Positions 45,901 to 54,758 of a stretch of DNA of 64,000 nucleotides are shown here, one piece after another (position 1 is the stretch's first letter; the number at the start of each line of letters is the position of its first letter). Source of the DNA: Ascoidea asiatica JCM 7603 (lineage: Eukaryota; Fungi; Ascomycota); the NCBI GenBank assembly GCA_001600695.1, contig BCKQ01000003.1, positions 147,952-211,951 on the forward strand, given 5' to 3'. The position numbers were made by a program, and so were the translations under genes. A model generated the notes under the pieces. The model did not search any database and had not been told where the DNA came from. It was given only the letters and a program-made list of their open reading frames with translations.

Positions 45901-47144
45901 TGTTACAGGTTATTCATTTGATAGTTGTTAGAATACGATTTACAATTTACATGGCGTATAAGAATGGTAAAGAACCTATTGCTGCCAATAATAATAATAG
46001 TGACAATAAAGAAACCATTGATTGGAAAAAATATGAATCGTTGTATCCTCAATCAGATGATCCAATATTTTTCAATGGATTAGAAGCTGCTAAGGAGTTG
46101 TTACTTGTTGTGAGGTATTTTGACAAAAAAGTTTTGTTGTTTTCAAATTGGATTTTATTATATCCTGTAAATTCGTTTTTGATATTGTTTTGTGGAATAA
46201 TAACTTGCCCTAATATATCATCTTTCAAAGAATCAGTTAATATTTTAATTGACTATCATAGATCGTTTTTTGGGGCTTTAGATTTAGAATGCTGCGAGGA
46301 TAAATTTAAAATAACCAGTGATGTAATGAAACAGTTGATTAATATTGCTATAATATCTTATAAAGGTAAAACCAGTGAAGATTTTATACTAGATTTAAAC
46401 GTGCTTAATTACCTAAATGAGCCATGTTATTCAGTTTCTGATATGGTTGGATCTGTAAATGATAATGTTCGTGACAGAGAGCCTGAGGCAACAACTGCGC
46501 TAACAAACGCTAACGTGGGGATATATGACAATCATAATGATAGCCATATTACTAACGATGGCTCTAAGGATAATGCTTTTAATAATAACTTCGGCGAAAC
46601 AACCATTTCAGGAATTAGTTCGAATGATAGATCTATGACAAAAATGCTTAATAAAAAAGATTTATTTTCTCAAATCTTTCAAATTGTCACCCCTAAAACT
46701 GCTTCTCAAACAACTTTCAGCCCTATAAATGTCATCAATACGAACCAAAATCGTAGCAATGAAAATGTTATTAATAATCTTAATGTAAATTTCAATAATC
46801 ATGCAAATATTCCTAACAATCTTGATTACATTAATAACTCTATTTTTTCCGATGGATATAATAATGTTACTAATGCTGCTAACTTCTCCACAGAAAATAA
46901 TGAAACTCTGACCAACAATTTAACAAATATAGGAGCTTTAAATAAAATGGATAATATGGTTCCTCAAATTAATAATTCTATTGTCAATAATTCAACGGTT
47001 AATATTCCCGATTACCCAAATGACTCTGATACTATTTTCGGAACTAAGTATGATGAAACTCATCTGAATCAACCTATGGAGAACAATTTTTTTCTTGATC
47101 AAGCAGTTAATTTTTCTTCTTTTTTTCAAACATTTGGAATGTAG
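42990..47144 (+). CDS. Zn(II)2Cys6 transcription factor with fungal-specific TF domain (Hal9/Tac1-like)
   Basis: [40 protein letters not shown]...RRKVW...[11 protein letters not shown]. The first in-frame ATG is 42990; the track starts at TTG 42939. Confidence 0.92.
   Translation: [1384 protein letters not shown]
43005..43064 (+). repeat. (AATTCA)10 coding for an Asn-Ser repeat
   Basis: Perfect hexamer tandem repeat. Confidence 0.95.
43911..43988 (+). repeat. (CAATCT)13 coding for a Gln-Ser repeat
   Basis: Perfect hexamer tandem repeat just after the zinc cluster. Confidence 0.95.
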
Positions 47145-47771
47145 TTTCTTATTTAGATAAGTACCTTTGACACCTTTTTTTTTTTTTCCTTTAGTGAGAT
47201 TAGTTTTCAGGAACGTACGAAAAGTTTCCTTATGGGGAAATAATTATGAATGAAAGGGTGTGAAATTTGAAATATTGAAACCTATAATAATTTATGAAAC
47301 TCTTTAATAGAGAAATATTAGAAATCTATTTTACCATAACTTTTAGTTCAATGAAGGAAGTTTTAAGTTTCAGAGAATTACCTTTATTATAATAAATTTT
47401 CCGATTTGATGTTCTTTTGCTTTTCTATACAAGTTATAATGATATTTTATTATTAAACGCTCCGTTTTATTTAAAGAGGTTAAATTTTGTGTTTTCTCAT
47501 TGTTTTGTATTTTATTGCACATCAATAAGTTCAATTCATGAAAGGTATACATTAAAACAATGGAAAATCATGCTGTGTATTTTCTAACTAGGAAAATTGA
47601 CTGAATTGATTTAGTTTTATATTAAAAGGCACATCAGATTATTAAGAGAGAGAAAAAATGAATTAGTCCTATAGATATATAAGTTGGTATTTTTACGCAT
47701 AATTTGAAATTAAATTAGATATCTTAATAATAATTCTTATATTACTTAAATTATCAATTTTTGAATATTTT

Positions 47772-49484
47772 ATGATTAATAAAAAGTTCATATTTATAAT
47801 GTTTAATTTAAAAGAAATTGAATATGTGTTTGATGTTGATATAAATGAAATTGTTCAATTTATTTGCAAACCTATCATTGCTACAATTGATTTTAATTTA
47901 AAGACAAATGAAATAAAAAATGGTGAAATTAAAGGATTATCAAAAAATTTTAAAAATGATATGAAAAATTATATATATGCAATTGGATCAATAAAATTAG
48001 TTGAATTTCTAGTTTTAAAATTTATTCAAATTGATAATCCTGAAAGTTTTGAAAAATCAAAAACTAAGGATTTTGGATTTGATATTGAGATTATTGAATT
48101 TTTTAAAAATTCAAAATTAAGTTCTTTTAGCTATCCTAAATATTGGGATGATATAATCTCAAGTTATTTTAATTTAAACTATAAAGATAATTATAATAAT
48201 GTTATTTTATATAAGCCAGAAATATTAACCAGATCATTATTAATCAATGCAATAAATCAAATGGATTCTATTGACAAAAATGAAAAAGAAACCAAAAAAA
48301 AAGAAAATAATGATAAAAATGATGAAGAAAATGTGGAAGAGAGTAATACTATTCATAAAATTTATGAATATTTGAATATTGAAGAATATATTATCAAAAA
48401 TGACGAGAAAAAATATGATATAAATAAACTATATTGGATTGATGAGAAATATTATCTTGAATTTCAATATAATATGCTTTTGAAATTAAATTCATTAAAC
48501 TTAATGAATAAAAATTTGATTGAAGAAAATTTGAAAGAAAGTTTTTCAAATGTGGAAAAAAAAATGGACTATTTTAAATTACCAATTTTTACAAATGAAG
48601 TTTTAAATGATGAAAAAAAAATAATTAAATTAATCAAAAAAATTCCAAGAAATTACTTATATTATAATGATATTACTAGAATTATCAAATTAATTGAATA
48701 TATTAATAAAGGAATAATAGTTTTTGATAAGAATTTTTTAAGTTTTAAGAGAATTAAGATGATTTTAAAGACTGGAAAATTTATTGGATTAAATTTTTGT
48801 AAAATTGATATAAAAGAAATTTTGATTAAGATTGAGAAAATTTTAAAAAGTTGGGAAAATAGTGCATATTTAAGAATTTTAAAAGAAATTGTTGAAACTC
48901 AATCAAATAAGAGTTATAATGAAGATCCTAATAGTTGTTATAGGTTCACAAAAGTAAAGTCCCCAGCTGAAAAGCTATTTAAGAATTCTAAAAAAGGGTG
49001 GTCATCTAATCTAGGAACATCCGACGTTGGGTCATCTGATGGAGGATCATTTGATGCAGGATTTTTTAGAACAGGGCGTAATGATAGATTTAATGAAGTT
49101 CATAATAAAACAACTCATTCAAATACAAGCTCAATAGAATGTATTGATTATTCAGAAAACTCTGTTCATTATAATAAAGATAATTACGGTATGAATATAT
49201 ATTCAACTGAGGTTATGAATACAAAAGATTTCGGAACATCTAATGATGGAAATATCATGTATTCAACATTTTTAAATAATGTGTTTTTGAATTCAGAGAA
49301 CAATAGTGGTGGAAGAGGTGAAATTAGTGAAAATAATAGATTTGTTGAATACAAAGAAGATACATTCAATAATGAAGGCAATGAAAATGATGATGGCAAG
49401 GAAGATACATTTGAAGAGATAGATAATGGTGAAGAAGGTGAAATTGGTGATTTAATAGATTTATTTTCAAATTCAAGTAATTGA
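47772..49484 (+). CDS. Hypothetical 570-aa protein (Lys/Ile/Asn-rich with an acidic tail); no recognisable family
   Basis: Long uninterrupted ORF in about 75% AT sequence; no motif recognised. Confidence 0.75.
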   Translation: MINKKFIFIMFNLKEIEYVFDVDINEIVQFICKPIIATIDFNLKTNEIKNGEIKGLSKNFKNDMKNYIYAIGSIKLVEFLVLKFIQIDNPESFEKSKTKDFGFDIEIIEFFKNSKLSSFSYPKYWDDIISSYFNLNYKDNYNNVILYKPEILTRSLLINAINQMDSIDKNEKETKKKENNDKNDEENVEESNTIHKIYEYLNIEEYIIKNDEKKYDINKLYWIDEKYYLEFQYNMLLKLNSLNLMNKNLIEENLKESFSNVEKKMDYFKLPIFTNEVLNDEKKIIKLIKKIPRNYLYYNDITRIIKLIEYINKGIIVFDKNFLSFKRIKMILKTGKFIGLNFCKIDIKEILIKIEKILKSWENSAYLRILKEIVETQSNKSYNEDPNSCYRFTKVKSPAEKLFKNSKKGWSSNLGTSDVGSSDGGSFDAGFFRTGRNDRFNEVHNKTTHSNTSSIECIDYSENSVHYNKDNYGMNIYSTEVMNTKDFGTSNDGNIMYSTFLNNVFLNSENNSGGRGEISENNRFVEYKEDTFNNEGNENDDGKEDTFEEIDNGEEGEIGDLIDLFSNSSN

Positions 49485-49923
49485 GTTGTTGATTCAGTCA
49501 AGGGTAAAATATAATCGTATTTATAAGATTTTGTAAAATAAGAAAAAGTATATTAGATTTGTATTATAAAGAGTATCTGTATTTCATATGTTTCAAAAGT
49601 GTAGGAATAGAAAAGTGGTAGGTTACCAGTTTTATTCAATCAGTGATTTAGCCGAAATAACCTTTGGATTAAATCTTAATTGATCAATTAATTTGATTTT
49701 ATCATTAATTATTAGAAGTTTAATACTGATTAATTGAAGCTTAATTGAAGTTAATTAAATTTTAATTGATTGATTAATGCAGCTTCAACAGTTTACTAGC
49801 TAGCACAAAGTATCCAAACTTATGGTCTCGCATACACACCTGACCACCAAAGTAAAATTATACCACGTGTAGAAACACGTGTCTTGCCTCTTTATTTGTG
49901 CGAAAGAGGCAAGAATAAAGTGC

Positions 49924-50059
49924 GATAAGCGAGCTGCTCCCGTTTGCCGTCTGTTTCCAATTGAGTTGGAATCTCGTAAACAAGATCAATGAATGAATGA
50001 TAAAGAGCTAAGAGCTAAGTGATAAGAAGAAGAGCAGTTGTTGGTGATAAGACGATAAA
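49924..50059 (+). promoter_or_regulatory. GATA (Gln3/Gat1-type) site cluster upstream of the UPF0183 gene
   Basis: GATAAG at 49924, 50021 and 50046; GATAAA at 49999 and 50054; all in the same orientation. Confidence 0.5.
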
Positions 50060-50399
50060 GGCAACAGAATCAATCTGAATAACTGGATAGAACCTTTGAG
50101 CAGAGTGATTACATCTCAATTCTAAAGAAAGATATAAAATAACCAATAACTGCTGTTTAAGACCTGTGGATCAGACTTTATATTTTCTACTGCATCTTTT
50201 TTATCATTGAGATAATACAATTCATCTAAATAAATCACATAAATCATTCTATTCGCTTAATAAATCTAACTCATTTCCATATTTTTAATTCATTATTCAA
50301 ATTCACAAATCAAAAGTTATTCGAAAATCAGATTTCTATGCTTTATTTCTTCAACTTCTTTTCTTATATCTCTTTTATCACATAATAAATAATTAAAAA

Positions 50400-52400
50400 A
50401 TGAGTTATAATAAAAGTAATATTATAACTTCTACAAATATAATACCTGGTGTTGGTTTAGGGTTATTTAAACTAGGTTCATCGCTATTTGATATATTAAA
50501 TTTAATAAATTATCATAACTTACGTTTTAGTTATAATTATAATTTCAATTATAACAATCATTATAATAAAAATAATAATTTGGATAAGATTAATAAGGAT
50601 TCAATCCATAATAGCAATACTAATATTAACAGTGTAAGTATAAATAGCAATAACAATAACAATAATAACGATAATCTTAGTCTTCATAATAATAATAGCT
50701 ATAAAAAAGAATTGAATCTAAACTTTGGGTCGGTAAAATTAATTTCAAGTAAATTTAAACATTTTGAAACTCCACTAATCTTATATCTAAAAGATTTGAA
50801 AATTAGATTAATTTTTAATCCAATTAATCAATATTTAATATTAATTGAAATTATAAATTTTAAAAATATTTTAAATTTCAAATTCACTTATAATATTAAT
50901 TCAAATGATTTATCAAAAATTGATTCAAATGATAATTTCATCTTAAATAAATTAAATAGTTATCCGAATTTCAATTTAATTTATAATATAATCTTTGGTC
51001 CAACTTATCCTGGTGATTTTTTCAAAATTAATAAAAAAATCACAAATCAATCTCAATTTAACAATCATTTAAATAATCAATCTAATCAAAAAAATAAAAA
51101 TTCTGTTAAAACTTTTACAAAATATATACTTGATTATCCAGGTATTTCATTTTCATTTCCAATCAATTATAGTATTAATACTAAAAAGAAGATAAATTTA
51201 AATAAAATTAATAATATTGATATAATAAATATTTTATCTAAAAATAATTTTCTTTGTGATTCTTTAATTATTTATAATAACAATTTAAATAATGTTAATA
51301 ATAATTGGAATTCAATATCAAATTCTTTATTCAATTCAAATATTTTTCTAAATAAAGATTATAAGCTAAATTTCATTAAGAATATCTTAAATTTTGATAA
51401 TAATCTTAATAATAAACAAAAAAAAAACCAAATTAATCAATCAAATTCAAATTCTTTTTCTCATTTGAATAATTATAGAAAAAAAATTATTAGAATGGAT
51501 ATTGATTTACCCAATCATAAAATTAAATTAAATTTCAATGATAATACTTCTTTCAATCTAATTTTAAATCATTCAAATCAACAAGATATTTTATTCAATT
51601 TGGGTCCTCCAAACTCTTCTTTTTTAAAAATTGATTCAAGATTTAATATTCATAATCAAAATATTACCAACAATAACAATAACGATAATAATAAATCAAA
51701 TAAAAACAGTGACAATGAAATCACAAACTTCAATAACAATAACATTAATAATCTTAAAGATTCTTTCTCAAATCAAATCTTTCATAATTATTTCAATTAT
51801 GGCTTTGATTTATTATATAATAATAATATTTTAAAGAAAATCATCATTTATAATAATTTACCGAATTATTGTTATTTTCAAAAATATAATAAAGTCAATT
51901 GGTTAATGAAAGGTTATAATTTGTCAAATATTGATGACTCAAATTTTTGCACTTCTGAAATGTATTTCAATGAGATTGATTTAAAAAATTTCATAAAAAA
52001 TTATAATATTAATAACAAAAAAATTTATGAAAAATATATTTTAATTGATAGAAGCAAGTTACTAGATAATTCTGCTCTTTACAATTATAATGATTATAAT
52101 AATAATGAATTAAATGATAATGATTCAATTGAAATTATTACCACTGAAAGTGAAAGTGAAACTGATTTAGATATGGAAAGTGAAAGTGATACTGATAATT
52201 ATGATGACAATGAAAATCAAAAAGATAGTTTAAACAATGATGAAATTTTAAATCAGGACAATAAGAATGATAAGAAAATGAATAATAGTAATCATGATGA
52301 AGATAATCAATTTGGATTAAGCAAAATTTATGGATTTAATAGATGTATTTGGGAAGTATTAATTGAAAACGATGCAGTCTGTTGCTTAACCTTATATTAA
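50400..52400 (+). CDS. UPF0183 family protein (PHAF1/C16orf70-like)
   Basis: IIPGVGLG.F.LG.SL, IFGPTYPG, YPGISFSF, QDILFNLGPP, KIDSRFNIH, FHNYFNYGFDLL and KKIII.NN.P...FQKYN. Confidence 0.85.
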   Translation: MSYNKSNIITSTNIIPGVGLGLFKLGSSLFDILNLINYHNLRFSYNYNFNYNNHYNKNNNLDKINKDSIHNSNTNINSVSINSNNNNNNNDNLSLHNNNSYKKELNLNFGSVKLISSKFKHFETPLILYLKDLKIRLIFNPINQYLILIEIINFKNILNFKFTYNINSNDLSKIDSNDNFILNKLNSYPNFNLIYNIIFGPTYPGDFFKINKKITNQSQFNNHLNNQSNQKNKNSVKTFTKYILDYPGISFSFPINYSINTKKKINLNKINNIDIINILSKNNFLCDSLIIYNNNLNNVNNNWNSISNSLFNSNIFLNKDYKLNFIKNILNFDNNLNNKQKKNQINQSNSNSFSHLNNYRKKIIRMDIDLPNHKIKLNFNDNTSFNLILNHSNQQDILFNLGPPNSSFLKIDSRFNIHNQNITNNNNNDNNKSNKNSDNEITNFNNNNINNLKDSFSNQIFHNYFNYGFDLLYNNNILKKIIIYNNLPNYCYFQKYNKVNWLMKGYNLSNIDDSNFCTSEMYFNEIDLKNFIKNYNINNKKIYEKYILIDRSKLLDNSALYNYNDYNNNELNDNDSIEIITTESESETDLDMESESDTDNYDDNENQKDSLNNDEILNQDNKNDKKMNNSNHDEDNQFGLSKIYGFNRCIWEVLIENDAVCCLTLY

Positions 52401-52653
52401 ACTTGAATTGATTATTAATTATTAACTCCCATATATACTATATATATATAAACGATAAGAAGAAAAGAAAAGAGAAGAGAAGATAAAATAAAAGATAACA
52501 AAGCAAACCCAAATCAAACACATAAAGAGATAACATAATAATTATATAAAGCATTAAAGAAAAAGAAATAAAGTTTATGAATGTAAATAATAACAATAAG
52601 AAAACAATAAAATGATCAAGGAGGGATTAAAGAGAAGGAAGTGATTATTATTA

Positions 52654-53850
52654 TTAACATTGACAATTGTTTTTTTTTGAATTTTTTAAAGTATTATTTA
52701 AATCTATGAAACCATCATTTAGATTAATTAGATCATTATTTTTATTTCTTAGAATATTTTTTTTATTAGTATTATTTATGTCATTATTGTTACTTTTATC
52801 CAGTAAATCATCTTCAGTTATGAATAAATTATTATTTAATTTATTTGGTAAATCAATTTCAAATAATTTTTTAATATTTATACCAGTTTTTGCGCTTGTT
52901 TCAATATATAAATAATTTTTATTTAATTTTAAAAAATTTGAGATTTTATCTTTGAATTGTAAATTTTTATTATTATCATTCAATAAATCTAGTTTATTTC
53001 CGACTAAACATATTATGAAATCATTGTCTTTGTGATTGTCATTGTCGTCATTGTCATCATTTTCTTCAGTATTTTCATTATCATTTTGAGTATTTAAATC
53101 ATTTAATTGAATTTGATTATTATTTGAATTGAAGAAATTTAACTCATTTATCCAATCTTTTGCTTTCTCAAAAGATTCCAAATCCAATAAATCAAAGACA
53201 ATTATTGCGATATTCGAATTTCTATAGTACATTGGAGTTAAACTTTTATATCTTTCTTGGCCAGCAGTATCCCAAATTTCATATTTAATTTTTGAAAAAT
53301 ATTTGATTTTTTCATTTGTTTGGTTATTTTTTTGTTGATTATTATAATTGATTGATTGAAATATTTTAGTGATGAAAGCAGCACCAATAGTTGCTTCTTG
53401 ATGTAAATCAAATGAATTTTTGATAAATTTTTGAATTATTGAAGATTTTCCAACATTTGATTCACCTAAAAAAACTAATTTGAAAGTACCAAATCTTTTA
53501 ATTATTTTTATTGCATTATCTAAAGCATTATCAGGGTCATTTTCATTATTATTTTCATTTTCATATTCATTTGTAATATTATTGATAATATAAGTATTAT
53601 TATTAGTAACATTATCAGAATTGAGATTATCAGAATTTGTATTGCTATCATTATTAGTATTATTCCTACTAGAAGTTGAGACATTGTTATTCTTATTATT
53701 ATTAGGAGTGGTATGAATAGAAGATGTAAGAATAGTATCTTCAGTTGAGGGATTATGAATAGTGTTTGTATTATTAAGAGTGATATTATCAGTTAATGAA
53801 GTGGAATTATCATCTATTTTAAGTGGAATTTGTTGAGTAGATTGAACCAT
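52654..53850 (-). CDS. Rab5/Vps21-subfamily GTPase (Ypt52/Ypt10-like) with a long N-terminal extension
   Basis: GESNVGKSS, TIGAAF, IWDTAGQERYKSLTPMYYRN, GNKLD, ETSAK and a C-terminal CQC prenylation motif. Confidence 0.92.
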   Translation of the reverse strand: MVQSTQQIPLKIDDNSTSLTDNITLNNTNTIHNPSTEDTILTSSIHTTPNNNKNNNVSTSSRNNTNNDSNTNSDNLNSDNVTNNNTYIINNITNEYENENNNENDPDNALDNAIKIIKRFGTFKLVFLGESNVGKSSIIQKFIKNSFDLHQEATIGAAFITKIFQSINYNNQQKNNQTNEKIKYFSKIKYEIWDTAGQERYKSLTPMYYRNSNIAIIVFDLLDLESFEKAKDWINELNFFNSNNNQIQLNDLNTQNDNENTEENDDNDDNDNHKDNDFIICLVGNKLDLLNDNNKNLQFKDKISNFLKLNKNYLYIETSAKTGINIKKLFEIDLPNKLNNNLFITEDDLLDKSNNNDINNTNKKNILRNKNNDLINLNDGFIDLNNTLKNSKKNNCQC

Positions 53851-54758
53851 TTTAAAATGTTGAGATTTACAAATTGAAGTTAATACTGAACTTAAGAGAT
53901 AATTGATAAAATATTGGTTTCTTTATAAGAAAGAATAATCTTCAGAGTGAGATATTTGAATAATGAATAATTTCAAGATGTAAGATACTTTAGAGAAATA
54001 AGAAGTTTAATAAAGAAAAATTAATTGTGATATGAGAAATAAGTTAATTCTTTGTCGTTTTCGTGTTGGGATTTGTTATGATTATTCTCTTTTGTTTCTG
54101 ATACGAATGCAAACGACAAAATGAAGGATAATTTGAAGATTAATAAACGAAACGAAACGAGATAGATAAGTAAGCTTGGTGTATTTTACTCGGTTGTCGA
54201 AATAAAATAAAACAATTGTAATAAACCAAAGCAGCAAAGTTACCTCTGTCAAACAATAAAATAAAATAAATAAAGGTTTAAAACAAGACAGAAAAGGGCA
54301 AAAAGCGATAAAGGTAAAAAACAGGTAGAACCGGAAACCGCACAAGCCATATTCAACAAGCCACATAAATTAGCCACAATACTATATGAGACCAATCAAC
54401 CGGGTCTTTTGTTTTCAAAAGGTGCGCCGTGTTTATGGTTTCGTTCTGTTTTGGCGTCTTAGTGAATTTAATTTCTTTGATTGATTTAATATATTTAATA
54501 GAATTAGTGCATTGTTAAAGCTAGTTTTGTATTTCTTGATATTTCATTCCATTTTTGGTGTTTTCCACTGAAATAGTTCTCTTCATACCAATTATTTATT
54601 CACATTCAAAATCAATAGAACCTGTGGACAATCAACAATAGATTAGTTTTATTTAAGAATAAGTCCATCTTTTCATTCTGTTTTCCTTTCATTGCACGTC
54701 ATCTTAACTTGTTAAAATCAGTTGTTGTCTTAATCTTGCTTTTTCTTAGAATGCAATA

